Shown piece by piece: positions 1 through 12,389 of a DNA stretch of 64,000 nucleotides. A program made the translations under genes and the position numbers. The notes under the pieces are model-generated. The model made no database searches. It was given only the letters and a program-made list of their open reading frames with translations, and had not been told where the DNA came from. Every line of letters starts with the position of its first letter. Within the stretch, counting starts at the first letter, position 1. The DNA comes from Octopus bimaculoides. Its lineage: Eukaryota. Location: positions 9,603,608 to 9,667,607 of the forward strand of contig NC_069009.1 of NCBI RefSeq assembly GCF_001194135.2. The letters run 5' to 3'.

Positions 1-9
1 GTATATATA

Positions 10-189
10 AATAATATGTGACAATTATTCAGTTGCCATAATAAAACCTGAAGTTTGGGATGTCGGGGTGGAAATCTTGTCAGTTATTTGATTGTTGTAA
101 AAACTGATGAGATGCTGGAGCAGATTTCCGCCCCGACATCCGAAACTCAGAGTTTTATTATGACAACTGAATAATTGTCACATATTATT
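10..189. mobile_element. Hairpin/MITE-like element with ~68-bp imperfect terminal inverted repeats
   Basis: 10-77 (aataatatgtgacaattattcagttg...ggggtggaaatct) is the near reverse complement of 122-189 (agatttccgccccgacatcc...aataattgtcacatattatt); ~44-nt spacer. Confidence 0.75.
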
Positions 190-269
190 ACAGATAAATT
201 CCTCTATTTACATAATATCAAGGTCTCGTTCATTCTTTTGTCGTCATACCATGTTTCACTGCCATGTAG

Positions 270-722
270 CATGGCTGTTCATGCACATGCGTCATACAGT
301 CTGCCTTTTACTCTGAATGAGAGGCCCTTTGTTGCCAGCAGAGGTAAGAGCTCTCTGAACTTTGCCCAAGCTATTCTTATTCTAGTAGCTACACTTTCAG
401 CGCACCCTCCCCTGCTACAAACTTGGTTAACTAGATAGCAGAAGCTATCAACTACATCTAGTTTTTCTCCCTGGAATGTGGCAGAAGTTGTTCTCTGCAC
501 ATTTTCAGTGTTTATTGCTCCTGAACATCTGCCACATACAAAGACTAACCTCCTAGTTAACCTTCCTTTGATATTGCTGCACCTCTTATGTGTCCATAGC
601 TTACACTGGGTACATCTTATAGAGTTTCTACCCACGCCTTTTCTACAGATCGAGCAGGGCCATCTACCTGAAGGGGTTTGTGGTTTGTCTACCTTCCTAC
701 TTATTAGGTTTTTGGTTTTAGT
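270..722 (-). mobile_element. RTE-X-like LINE fragment (RT thumb region with inserted PHD-like Cys/His finger)
   Basis: ORF 279..755 reads PCSICRKGVGRNSIRCTQCKLWTHKRCSNIKG...FVCGRC then VVDSFCYL...RIRIAWAKFRELLPLL, typical of RTE-X ORF2; near-identical to the copy at 40500-40870. Confidence 0.8.
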
Positions 723-896
723 TAGGACTATGTATGTATATATGTCTATATACATCTACACACATATATATATATATAGATAGATGTGTACAGATGTGTA
801 TGTCTACATATGCATACTTATATATGTATACATGTACATGTATATATGTGTATATACACGTGTATACAGATTTCTATGTATATACATATGTATATA

Positions 897-1298
897 CAAG
901 GGTTGGACAAACTAATGGAAACACCTTAAAATTTCCAACAAATTTATGTTAATATGGGATAGGAATGCCTTTGGCAGTAAATACAGCTTGAACTCTATGA
1001 GGTGTAGACTCGTACAAAGTTTGAATTGTTTCCAAAGGAATTTTTGTCCATTCTTCAGCTAAAACAGTCTCCAGTTCTTGTAGTGATGATGGTGGAGGAT
1101 ATCAACTCCTTACTTGTTTTTCTAAAATGCACCATAAATGTTCAATAATATTCTGGGGACTGTGGTGGCCAGATAAGATGTTCAACCTCACTAGAATGTT
1201 CCTCGTGCAATTCAGTAACAACTTTAGCTGTGTGAATTGGTGCATTATCATCCTGAAAGATGGCAACTGTATCAATGGAGTGCTAAATGCACCGTCCG
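897..1298 (-). mobile_element. Tc1-like DNA transposon, 3' end with terminal inverted repeat (truncated by N gap)
   Basis: Minus strand encodes HSPQNIIEHLWCILEKQVRS and ELETVLAEEWTKIPLETIQTLY (Tc1 transposase C-terminus); the terminus TA|caagggttggacaaactaatggaaacacc resembles a Tc1 TIR. Confidence 0.8.
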
Positions 1299-1689
1299 NN
1301 NNNNNNNNNNNNNNNNNNNNNNNNNNNNNNNNNNNNNNNNNNNNNNNNNNNNNNNNNNNNNNNNNNNNNNNNNNNNNNNNNNNNNNNNNNNNNNNNNNNN
1401 NNNNNNNNNNNNNNNNNNNNNNNNNNNNNNNNNNNNNNNNNNNNNNNNNNNNNNNNNNNNNNNNNNNNNNNNNNNNNNNNNNNNNNNNNNNNNNNNNNNN
1501 NNNNNNNNNNNNNNNNNNNNNNNNNNNNNNNNNNNNNNNNNNNNNNNNNNNNNNNNNNNNNNNNNNNNNNNNNNNNNNNNNNNNNNNNNNNNNNNNNNNN
1601 NNNNNNNNNNNNNNNNNNNNNNNNNNNNNNNNNNNNNNNNNNNNNNNNNNNNNNNNNNNNNNNNNNNATATATATATATATAAATATAC

Positions 1690-3560
1690 AAGGTGTAAAG
1701 ATACTGAAGATTCAGTATACACCACGTGGCAAAATTATGAGTTGAAAATATGTCAAATAATTACTAATGCCTACAAATCAAATCCAGGTCTATACATAAA
1801 TATTTCAACACCAGAAGACTTAAAATTAAGGCCTATTATTGCTGGTCCAGCCTGTGAAACAAACCACTTAAGCAACTTTCTGGACATACTTTGAAACCTT
1901 TCCTCAGATACATTAAATGTTTTATTAGAGACGATCTGGACATGCTAGAGCATCTACCAAAAACCACCAACGAAGAAGCTCTATTGGTCTCCTTCGATGT
2001 TATTAACCTCTCGATAATATTCCATATGACTACAGAATAGAGGCAATAAAATTCTGGTTAGGTGAATATCCCAACGTTCTCCCGGACTGCATAAACCAGA
2101 CTTTTGTCATTGAATCCCTGAAGTTCATCTTAAAAAACAATTACTTCCTATTCGATACAACATACTACCTCTAAAAATGCGGTATTGAGATGGGAATGAA
2201 AGCAGCACCTGTCCTTGTGAACCTAATAATGGGTTTCTTTGAATCTAACCTATATGAACTTTTGCTCCAAAAATTTGGAACCCCATTCCAACCAGTATAT
2301 AAGAGAAAACTGGAAAGGGTACCTCGATGATTGTTTTATCATCTGGAATGAAACCTATGATAAACTCCTGGATTTCAAATCCACACTGAACAATATAAAC
2401 CCCAACATCCAATTTACAATGGAATATAGCAAAGAACAGCTCCCATTTCTGGACATTTTGATTTTAAAAAAGTCCAACAACCAAATTGCAACTGACATTT
2501 ACTACAAACCAACAGACTCAAAACAGTATCTCCTTTTCAGTTGATGCCATCCTAAACACACCAAAATAAATATCCCATTCAATCTAGCAAAAAGGATCTG
2601 TACAGTTGTATCTGACAACCACTCGGGAACTTCGCCTACAAGAACTCAAAATAACACTCATTGAACGTTAATACCTACCTACACTTATAAAACATGGAAT
2701 TAAACGTGCCAAGAAATTGGACACAAATACACTAAGGATAACAAAACAAAGCACCACACCTCATCCTAAATCACTCCCATACATATCAACCCACAACCCC
2801 AGAAACAATGAAGCATACAATACAATTATACAAAATCTCCCTCTGCTCACTCAAGACCCGAAAATGAACAGCATCCTAAATACACACAAACTACTAAAAT
2901 GCAAAAGACAAGACAAATCATTCAAGAGACTCCTAACAAATGCAAAACTCTACTCAATACAAACGATACCAACAGTTAAAAACTGCAGACGACCTAATTG
3001 TGGTGCATGCCCAAACCTAACTGAAAGCTCGGAATTCACATTCCAGCAAGGACAAAAATTCTCAATCAAGACCAACTTCAGATGTGCTTCCAAGAACCTT
3101 ATCTATGTTGTAACCTGCTCAGGTTGTGGTCACAATTATGTGGGCCAAACGAGCCTTACTTTGAGACGCTACATAAAAAAGAGATTCGTTTCCCCCCAGT
3201 ACAGACAGACAGCAACTGAGCAGACACATCGACAGATGCGCAAGTAAAAAAACACTGAATTTTCATATCTTCCCATTATAGCAATGCAAAGATTCAATCT
3301 CAGTACAAGGAAAACCTGTTCATACAAAAGTACAGACCACACCTCAATATACAACTTTGACCATTTTTTAAAAATTGTACTAAGGAGACAGTTGTCCCCC
3401 TTCCCACCCGTTACTTCCCTTGGTTCACTCTCTAGACTCAATCTTATTCTTCAAACATCCAAAATGATGAAAACCCTCTGCGACGAGAATTGATTACTGT
3501 CCAATGTCCCTTAAAAAGCTAATTTAAATAGCGAAAACCGGTTAAGATTCACGACATCCA
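1690..3560 (+). mobile_element. Penelope-like retroelement (RT + GIY-YIG endonuclease), decayed
   Basis: LRPIIAGPACETNHLSNFLDIL; YLDDCFIIW...NPNIQFTME...LPFLD...TDIYYKPTDSKQYL (PLE RT); CRRPNCGACP...FRCASKNLIYVVTCSGCGHNYVGQT (GIY-YIG with Cys motifs). Multiple stops and frameshifts. Confidence 0.92.
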
Positions 3561-3645
3561 TACAATATGTATACATTTATAAAAAGATATTAAACTATAT
3601 GAAACGAAGGCATTTCTCTTCCACTATATATATATATATATATAC

Positions 3646-5125
3646 ATGCTCTCCTCCCATGGCACAGTAAGCTCCCCAAGGACTACATGTCTCTGACTCT
3701 CATCTACCAACCCCAGCTCCCAAGACTGCTGTGGCCCATAACTGTGTATGAAGGTTCTCTAACAAGGATTGAAACAACTGAACGTAAGATCAATAAGATG
3801 GTAAGGAAGTGGCTTGGCCTTTCGAAGTGCCTTTCATCTGTCGCCCTTTATGGCAACCAGGGTATGCTCCAGTTGCCCCTAGCATCACTAGTAGAGGAGT
3901 ACAAGGTCTCCAATGGATGCTGTCCGAGACAAAAGGCCACTGTGATCCAGGACAATCTACCAGATTTGAACACTGGTAGGAAGTGGAAGGTCACTGAGGC
4001 AATGCAGCAGCTTGATGAGATGGCTCAGCATGCTGAAGAGCGTGGAGGGATGTTAGACAGCAGGGCTGGTGTGGGGCTTGTCAAGAGAGAGCAGTTCTGG
4101 TCTGAGTCAACTGAACAAGAATAGTGGAAGTTACGTGAACAACAAGTAAGGCAGCTGGAAGATGAGAGGCGTCTGGGTCACACAACACAACAAGCACAGT
4201 AGGGTCAGTGACTGAATTGGGATGATGTCAAAAAGCTGGAGTTGAAGTGGTCTGATTGGTGGCAGTTGAGTGCAGGGCATTTGAAAGCTCTGATCTAGAC
4301 TGCATATGATGTGCATCCATCTCCAGCAAATCTCAAAAAATGGAGTATCCAATGGAGTCCGCAGTGCCACTTGTGTGGGAAGTATGGCAGTCTCAAACAC
4401 ATGCTATCAGCTTGCCCAAAAGCACTCCAGTCTGGATGGTATACATTCAGACATAATTTAGTGCTAAACGTTGTTGCTTCAGCTGCAAGAGGGGGTCAAG
4501 AGCCTGAACTGAGCTTGCATAAGACAGCATTTGTGAAGCAAGGTGTGAGGCTAAAGAGACAGAACCCTCGGCAGGCCGAAGGCAGAAAATGTGAGGTGTT
4601 CGTGGACAAGCCATTGCCTGAAAGCATCGTGGTGTCAGCACTCCGCCTGACCTGGTGTTGGTTGATGAGGGTCAGAGACATGTGGTCCTTGGGGAGCTTA
4701 CTGTGCCATGGGAGGAGAGCATTGCTGAGGCCCGTGAGCGGGAGCTGTTGGGCTATGAAGAGCTGGTAGCTGAGATTCTGAAGAAGGGTTACATCCATGA
4801 GCTGGTTGCGTTTGAGGTTGGCTATAAGTGTTTCCCAGCAGCTTCTCTCAGGTTTCTGAAGGTGACTGGTGTATCCGCTGTGAGGAAGACAATCAAGGAA
4901 TGTGGGGAGAAAGCAGTTGAGGGTAGTGCTTGGATTACCAGGAGGTCTGTGAATGCATATAAGGCCACAGAACTGTCACAAGTCTGGCTGCAATGCAATA
5001 GGTCCAGCTCTTGTGGGCCACCATGTGGAGAGATACTGAGTTTAATGGGCCGAAATCTCGTCAAAGCATGGCACTCAACTGATGGTTGCAACCAGACGAG
5101 AAATGGAGCACTCAGTGTTTTCTTC
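3646..5125 (+). mobile_element. HERO-clade (restriction-like endonuclease) non-LTR retrotransposon, 5'-truncated, decayed
   Basis: LPRLLWPITVYE...ERKINKMVRKWLGL..LSSVALYG..LQLPLASLVEEYK; CCHC knuckle CHLCGKYGSLKHMLSAC; RLE motif VLGELTVPWEE...YEEL...AFEVG. Flanked by (TA)n on both sides. Confidence 0.85.
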
Positions 5126-5153
5126 TACTATATATATATATGNNNNNNNNNNN

Positions 5154-5186
<33 letters not shown>

Positions 5187-5536
5187 ATATACATACACAT
5201 ATATATTATAGCCTCAAGCCAACCAAAGCCTTGTGAGTGGATATCGTACACGGAAGCTGAAAGAAGACTGTCATATATGTGTGTATTTGCGCGTGGGTGT
5301 GTGTGTCTGTGTTCATACCCCCACCATTACTTGACAACCAATGTTGCTGTGTTTACATTCCCATCACTTAGCAGTTCGACAAAAGTCACTGATAGAATAA
5401 GTACTTGGATTACAAAGAATGAATCCTGTGTTCAATTTGTTCAATCAAAGCAGTGCACCAGCATGGCCACATTCACATGACTAAAACAAGTAAAACATGC
5501 CATTTTAATCCTGAGCAAGGCCGGGTATCTCTGCTA

Positions 5537-5576
<40 letters not shown>

Positions 5577-6289
5577 ATATATATATATATATATATAGGG
5601 GGAGAATTCACAAAAAACAAAAGCCGAAGACAGGTGGTGTAGAAAACAAACAGGTGTATTAGTATAACGCTTGGGAATTGAAACAAGGAGAGAGAGAAAA
5701 TGTATGTAGTGGCTAGCGATCCATCATGGCGAGAATATATATGTTTGTATGTATATATAAACACACACACACACACACAATGGGCTTCTTTCAGTTTCTG
5801 TTTATCAAATCTATTTAAAAGGCTTTGATTAGCTTGACACTGTAGTGGAAAACACTTACCCAAGTTGCTACATAGCAGGACTGAACCTGGAAGCATGTGC
5901 TTGGAAGTAAACTTCTGAATTAGACAGCAAAACCTACACCTGTTTTTACAGGCTGTGATTTTGGTTGTCTGTTTTTAAATAATATTTGGGATTTCTGACT
6001 CAAAAACAAAAGCAATAACTTTAAACAAGTAATTATGAATGAAGATAATGAAATATGAATGTTTCTGAAATTTGTAATTAAATGAAAAATGAGCAAAAAT
6101 ATAACTGAATCAACAAAACTACAATGGCATGTTACCTACTCCAAACAACTAGTTTGACACTGGTGGATGAAGCCATATTGGCAGGGTGTAAACAGAGATC
6201 AAACTACATTGATCTAGGACCTATTATTGAGCGTTAGGTGAACTGTTAACAAAATGGCACTCTGTCAGTTACAACAATGAGGGTTCCAG

Positions 6290-6580
6290 TCGATCCGATC
6301 AACGGAACAGCCTGCTCATGAAATTGATAAGCAAGTAGCTAAGCACTCCACAGACATGTGTACTCTTCATGTAGTTCTCAGGGAGATTCAGCATGACACA
6401 GATTGCGACATGGCTCTGGCCCTTTGAATTGCAGGTACAACTTGTTTTTACCAGCTGAGTGGACTGAAGCAACGTGGAATAAAGTGTCTTGTCCAAGAAC
6501 ACAATATGCTGCCAGAAATTGAACATAGGACCTTAAGATAGTGAGCTGAATAACCTAACCACTAAGCCACCACCTTCACA
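6290..6580 (-). mobile_element. tRNA-derived SINE family C (representative copy)
   Basis: tRNA-like A/B-box head on the minus strand at ~6520-6575, body ...gcactccacagacatgtgtactc...ccctttgaattgcaggtacaac...; related pieces at ~17920-18075, 20950-21075, 22745-23010, 33740-33920 and 60680-60785. Confidence 0.7.
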
Positions 6581-7603
6581 GGTGGACTGATCACGTAGTA
6601 CACACACACACACAAACAGATATATGTATTATGTGGTTAAGAAGTTTGCTTCACAGCCCCATGGTTTCGGGTTTCTTCCCACTGCATTTTAAGAATGAAA
6701 AATTTATATTCTCAAAAATGAATAAAATGTTTTAAAGACTTATGTAAAATAATTTGTGAGGTAGAAAGAATGACAATTTAAAACATTTGCAATATTCAAC
6801 CTCAAAATACTTTCTCTGCAAAATTTCATTGAAATAAATATACTTTTCAAGAGGTCGAAAAAATGTCAGGAGCACCAAACTGTAGTCATACCCATTATGC
6901 TAGGTCTTTCAGAAAGACCAGTAGCTAAGATTAGAATATTTCTAACGGATTGAGGGACAACAGAGGTTCTAGTGTGCCCTACAAAAATATACTAAAAATA
7001 AACAATCACATTGTTGAAATCTCAAAGCTACGAGATAATGCAGGATTAATTCAAAACAATGTGAATAAGTTAGCATTACATTTGACTGAGTAATCTGAAT
7101 GTGAAAGGGTTAAAATAATAAAAGAATATCTTTTATGTTTTTATCATTAGACCATGGCCATGCTGGGGCACTGCCTTGAAGAATTTTTAGTTGAATAAAT
7201 CAACCCCAGTATTTATTTTTCCTTCTCTTGCCAAACTGCAATGTTATGGAGACATAAACACACCAACACTGGATGTCAAGACAAAGACATGATGGGCTTC
7301 ATTTAGTTTCTGTCTATCAAATTGACTCAAAAAGTTTTGGTTGGCCCAAGGGTATGGAAGACACATGTCTAAGGTACAACAGAGTGGGACCGAACCCCAA
7401 ACAATGTGCTTCGGAAGCAAGCATCTTACCACACAGTCATGGCTGTGCCCATATATTGTTTATGTCATAAGAATTTCAAAACTATGAGAAAACGGGAGGT
7501 AATGTCTTTCACGTTTGAACTTGAAAGCCTTCAGTTTTTCCTATCAAAAGGAATTTTTAACTCAATTTTCACACACTATTGAGTTCAACTGTTAAAAATG
7601 CTT

Positions 7604-7760
7604 GGCTGTGTGGTAAGAAGTTTGCTTCCCAACTACATGGTTCTGGGTTCAGTCTCACTCCTAGTACCATGGGCAGATGTCTTCTACTATAGCCTTGGGC
7701 CAACCAAAGCTTTGTGAGAGGATTTTGTAGATGGAAACTGAAAGAAGTCCATCACATATA
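7604..7760 (+). mobile_element. tRNA-derived CORE-like SINE family A (most abundant repeat in the window; representative copy)
   Basis: ggctgtgtggtaagaagtttgcttcccaac..catggttc.gggttcagtc...gggcaagtgtcttctactatagcc...gaaactgaaagaag, usually ending in (TA)n/(CA)n; many copies on both strands (e.g. 5770-5920, 9690-9830, 15541-15680, 18495-18630, 22150-22310, 32400-32540, 50000-50120, 63715-63860). The ccttgggcaagt segment resembles the CORE domain. Confidence 0.8.
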
Positions 7761-7769
7761 TCATCATCA

Positions 7770-8510
7770 TCATCATTTAGCATCTGCTTTCCATGCTAGC
7801 ATGGGTTAGACAGTTTGACTAAAAACGGTAAGCCAGGAGAGCTGCACCAAGTTCCGGTCTGATTTGGCATAGTTTCTACAGCTGGATGCTTCTACTAATG
7901 TCAACCACTCCACTCCAAGAATGTAATGGGTGCTTTTTATGTACCACGACCATGATTTCACTTGGTTTGGCAAGTCTTCTTAAGCACAGCATATCGCCAA
8001 AGGTTTCAGTCACTTATCATCACCTCCATGAAGCCCAATGTTTGACGGGTGCTCTTTATATGCCAGTTACATAACACTGGCATCAGCCATAACTACAATC
8101 GCACTTGGCTTGACAAGTCTTCTCAAGCACAGCACATCACCAAAGGTCTCAGTCACTTGTCATCACCTCCATGAGGCCCAATATTCGAAGATCATGCTTC
8201 ACCACCTCATCTCATGTCCTCCTGGGTCTATCTCTTCTATAGGTTCCCTCCACAGTTAGAGATTGGCAATTCTTTACAGATATCTTCGTCCATGCGTATC
8301 ACATGGCCATACCAGTACAGTCGTCTCTTTTGTACACCACATCTGATGCCTCTTATGCCCAACTTTTCTCTCAAGACACTTACATTCTGTCATACATGCA
8401 TACTGACATCGCACATCTAGTAAAGCATACTAGCTTCATTTCTTTCCAGCTTACGCATGTCCTCAGCAGACACAGTCTAGGTTTCACTGCTGTGTAACAC
8501 CCAAGGATGT
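7770..8510 (-). mobile_element. RTE-X-like LINE 3' fragment (ORF2 C-terminus + 3'UTR tail), with internal ~140-bp duplication
   Basis: Minus strand reads RRLYWYGH...VEGT..RDRPRRT.DEVVKHDLRILGL..VLEKT; the block ttcacttgg.ttg..aagtcttct.aagcacagca...catcacctccatga occurs twice (7957-8040, 8101-8180). Confidence 0.7.
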
Positions 8511-9189
8511 AGGAGCTGTTAGTAACGAAGAGCCTCTCTCTCAGAATGAAAGGCAGATTGTATGATACCTCTGTATATGTGTGTTTGTCTTTCAGTCAGT
8601 GTTCATCCCCCACTACCGCTTGAAAACTGGTGTTGGTGCATTTACATCCCCATAATTTAGCAGTTCAGGAAAAGAGATCAACAAAATACCAGCCTTAAAC
8701 AGAACTACACACTGGGGTTGATTATTTGATTAAAAATTCTTCAAGGCAGTGCCCCAGTATGGCTGTAGTCTAATGACTGAAATGAGTAAAAGATAAAAGA
8801 TATATATGTGTGTGTGTATATATATATATGTGCATGTATGTATGCACAGGGACATGGAAATAGCTGGGTTGGTGTCCAGGCATGCGGTTGGCCCACCAGG
8901 AATGGGAGGCACCTCTGTTGTTCTCACATCTCTCTAAGAGAGGGAAACTCTGAAAGAAAACCTGTGACACTCGCAATATTTGATGATGTAAACTAGTTCT
9001 TCTCTTTGAGTTTATGTTGACCATGTTCAGAGAGTGGGATTCGATCTGTGCAAGTCCTTTCATTACTATAAAGAATCATCATGCACAGGCACTGCTTGAA
9101 AAAAAAGACCCATCACAAAAGGAGCTCGTCGTAGCGATGGCAATACACGAGTTTGAAGTCATCATATGTGTGTGTGTGTGTGTGTACTC

Positions 9190-9333
9190 TCTGAGTGGTT
9201 GGCGTTAGGAAGGGCATCCAGCTGTAGAAACTCTGCCAAATTAGATTGGAGCCTGGTGTTGCCATCCGGTTTCACCAGTCCTCAGTCAAATCGTCCAACC
9301 CATGCTAGCATGGAAAGCGGATGTTAAACGATG
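9190..9333 (+). mobile_element. LINE 3'-tail repeat (RTE-X-type tail or tail-derived SINE); representative copy
   Basis: gagtggttggcgttaggaagggcatccagctgtagaaac...catgctagcatggaaagcggatgttaaacgatg; other copies at ~9890-10090(-), 43660-43870, 46240-46650, 50520-50790, 59900-60030(-) and 62760-62920. Confidence 0.75.
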
Positions 9334-9844
9334 NNNNNNNNNNNNNNNNNNNNNNNNNNNNNNNNNNNNNNNNNNNNNNNNNNNNNNNNNNNNNNNNNNN
9401 NNNNNNNNNNNNNNNNNNNNNNNNNNNNNNNNNNNNNNNNNNNNNNNNNNNNNNNNNNNNNNNNNNNNNNNNNNNNNNNNNNNNNNNNNNNNNNNNNNNN
9501 NNNNNNNNNNNNNNNNNNNNNNNNNNNNNNNNNNNNNNNNNNNNNNNNNNNNNNNNNNNNNNNNNNNNNNNNNNNNNNNNNNNNNNNNNNNNNNNNNNNN
9601 NNNNNNNNNNNNNNNNNNNNNNNNNNNNNNNNNNNNNNNNNNNNNNNNNNNNNNNNNNNNNNNNNNNNNNNNNNNNNNNNNNNNNNNNNNAATGGGCTTC
9701 TTTCAGTTTCCGTCTACCTCAAATCCACTCACAAGGCTTTTGTCAGCCTGAGGCTATAGTAGAAGACACTGAACCTGGAATCATGTGGTTGGTAAGCAAG
9801 CTACTTACCACACAGCCACTCCTTCGCCTGTATATGTATGTATG

Positions 9845-9888
<44 letters not shown>

Positions 9889-10562
9889 ATCAGTTAACAT
9901 CTGTTTTTGATGCTGGCATGGGTTGGACAGTATGACAGGAGATGGCCAGCTGGAGTGCTGCTTGGGCTACAAGTCTGTTTTGGAATGGCTTCTATGGTTG
10001 GATGCCCTCCCTAACACCAGCCACTTTACAGAGTGTACTGGGTGCATTTGAACAACACTGGCACAGGTGCTTTTTACGTGGCATCAGCACCCACAAGCCT
10101 GCAAGATTAGAAATGCTCAACTGAAGAGGGATGTAGGGGACACACCTGTATTTACCTGGCTTGATGTGTCTTCTAAAGTACAACAAACCAGAAGTCTCTG
10201 TCCCCTGTCATCAAACATTGACACTTTGTTCTGAAACAAGCATATATTCTCTTCTACACCAGGTTATTAATCTCACAATGCCAATGTAAAATATAACTCT
10301 TTGAAACACTTAGTTTTAGAATGGTGGCAGCTGATGAAGGAAATGTTCTCTATGTGGCCGGTATGTTTTTGTGCTCTGTTTTTCATTTTGTCCACGTTTT
10401 TTTGTGACGTCCTGTACCCAGATATGCATTTACATATACATGTAGATGTAGGTATGTACATACATGTACGTATATATGCATATACTCACATATTATTTGT
10501 ATTATTATTATTATATATATATATGTATATATTGAGATGATGAAACAAGCCAGTCTACCCAC

Positions 10563-10687
10563 CTATTGCCATTGAGCAACACATTTCCATGGATCCCTAC
10601 TACTTTCAGCTGTGAATCAGGAACCCCTATTAACTTCTTCTTCTTGTCTGTGGTTGTTTCTTCTTGCAGACTTGACCCAAGAATTGT
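10563..10687 (-). CDS. REXO4: Probable coding exon 2 of the REXO4-like gene (TILGSSLQEETTTDKKKKLIGVPDSQLKVVGIHGNVLLNGN)
   Basis: Strong acceptor tatttattttctactaatttcag|, donor AG|gtgggt, 125 nt open in phase 0 continuing from exon 1; repeat-free island between microsatellites. Confidence 0.55.
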
Positions 10688-11165
10688 CTGAAATTAGTAG
10701 AAAATAAATACTGTGATGAGGTGGAGTGGTAGCTCAGAGACAAAGAGGTTGAAGTTTGTAGGCTACTAACCTTGGGGTGACAGGTATAAAAGGCATGGTC
10801 ACTCAACATAATAGAAACAGCAGCTAAATCTCTCACAAACATCATCATTTAAATCTACTTTTCCCTGCTTGCAAGGGCTTCAACCCATGTTTAAAATGCC
10901 CTTCTTGTCACCAAGCCTTACCTGTTTCCAACCAAGGTAATATTTCCCCACGAATAGATGTTCTCACAAAATATTGGAAATGAATGACAATGACTGTATG
11001 ACACGCGACTTTGCATAACATATATGTGGATCAAAATACTTACAAGGTTTTGGATGACCCAAGGCTATAGCAGAAGGCACTTGCACAAGATATCACGTAA
11101 TGGGACTGAAGCCAGAACCATGTGGTTGGGAAGCAAGCTTCTTTATTTCCACACAGTCACGCCTC

Positions 11166-11219
<54 letters not shown>

Positions 11220-11510
11220 NNNNNNNNNNNNNNNNNNNNNNNNNNNNNNNNNNNNNNNNNNNNNCATGCGTGAAGTTGCGGTAAAAGTTACGAAGGTGTA
11301 TGAATAATTTACGTAGCTTCAACTCTCTTACGATGCGAAACAGTATCACATGGACTCTCTTGTCAGCGCCACCATATCATTACTATGAAAGTTATTTTAA
11401 GTAAAATAATGGAATACGACTATAAAAGGGGGCAATGTTTGAACTGGGATTAAAATACCAACAACAACGACAACACCACGACCAACACTAAAAACAGTCA
11501 CAGTACTTAC

Positions 11511-11912
11511 CGCAGATAACTTTTTCCAGTTACTAGAACATTCTGCCGGATCAGTTGGAATATAGCAAAGTCCTATACCTCCAGATTCTGTTTTTTCTGC
11601 CATGGATTTATTGGTCTGACTATGTCTCTTATCGACATCTTTCGTCTTCTTTTCATTATCACCATTTAATACAGTTTTCTTTTCCTTTTCATTTACTTTC
11701 TTCTTTTTCTTCGTCCTTTTCCATTTCTGCTTAGATTTGTGAACAAATTTGCCATGTCTCTTATCATCGTGCTTATTATTATTTTTATCGTTCTTTGTGT
11801 TTTTGTACTTAAAGTTTTTCTTTTTCTTTCCAACACTATTAAACGTCCGTGGAACTGATGACGAAGACGATGGCCCAGATGGAGTCTTGGAGGCTGTTTT
11901 ATGCAATTTCAT
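11511..11912 (-). CDS. REXO4: First coding exon of a Lys-rich nucleolar-type protein, probably RNA exonuclease 4 (REXO4/REX4) N-terminus
   Basis: ATG in aaaaaATG context, 134 codons, basic low-complexity sequence ending IPTDPAECSSNWKKLSA|gtaagt. The P..P.E.S.NWK.L motif matches my recollection of the REXO4 N-terminal motif (human PKAPEDFSQNWKAL). The DEDDh domain was not seen in the window. Confidence 0.6.
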
Positions 11913-12389
11913 TTTTTAAATCTCAAATCTACATCAGATATTAACTCAGTCCCTAACAACACGTCTCCTCTTTCCTGTAATACCAACAATTTCTTCCAAT
12001 TAATCCTTCATAGAGAATATATTTACTGTTCCAAGAGAAAACATGTGCTTCCAAGTTTATGGATGAACAGGAAGTTATGAGAGTTATCTGTTCCTTATAT
12101 ATGGAAACTCGTTTCCTGTTTCCATCTACAGGAAGTAACCGTTTGTCAACATGGATTACTTCCCTTGTCACAAAGGAAATAATGTGTGGTTGTTGTACTA
12201 GAAATAACAGTCGAACCTCTCTCTCATTTTTCATCCAATCGTGTTATATAACATTAAATAATGTAGCCTTACGTTTGTGTGCTTTAGATGCTATGGCTAC
12301 AGATCATAGATCTGGCTAAGAGTGACACGGGACTGAATATCAACTACAGCTGCTAATACGAATTTTAAATTTTTCCACAAGGGCAGTCA

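Noticed and set aside
5940-6070. Possible further REXO4 exon
   Set aside because: The acceptor-like sites give a stop in the required phase 2; the sequence is AT-rich and intron-like.
8770-9208. ORFs 8770..9063(-) and 9014..9208(+) as exons
   Set aside because: No recognisable motif, and phase-2 entry from the REXO4 exon hits stops.
10153-10230. 75-nt open segment with AG/GT boundaries on the minus strand
   Set aside because: It lies within the RTE-X 3' repeat seen at 7957-8180 and 22500-22570, and its phase does not match the preceding exon.
11953-12319. ORFs 11953..12234(-) and 12059..12319(+)
   Set aside because: No domain or splice support; more likely the 5'UTR/promoter of the REXO4-like gene.
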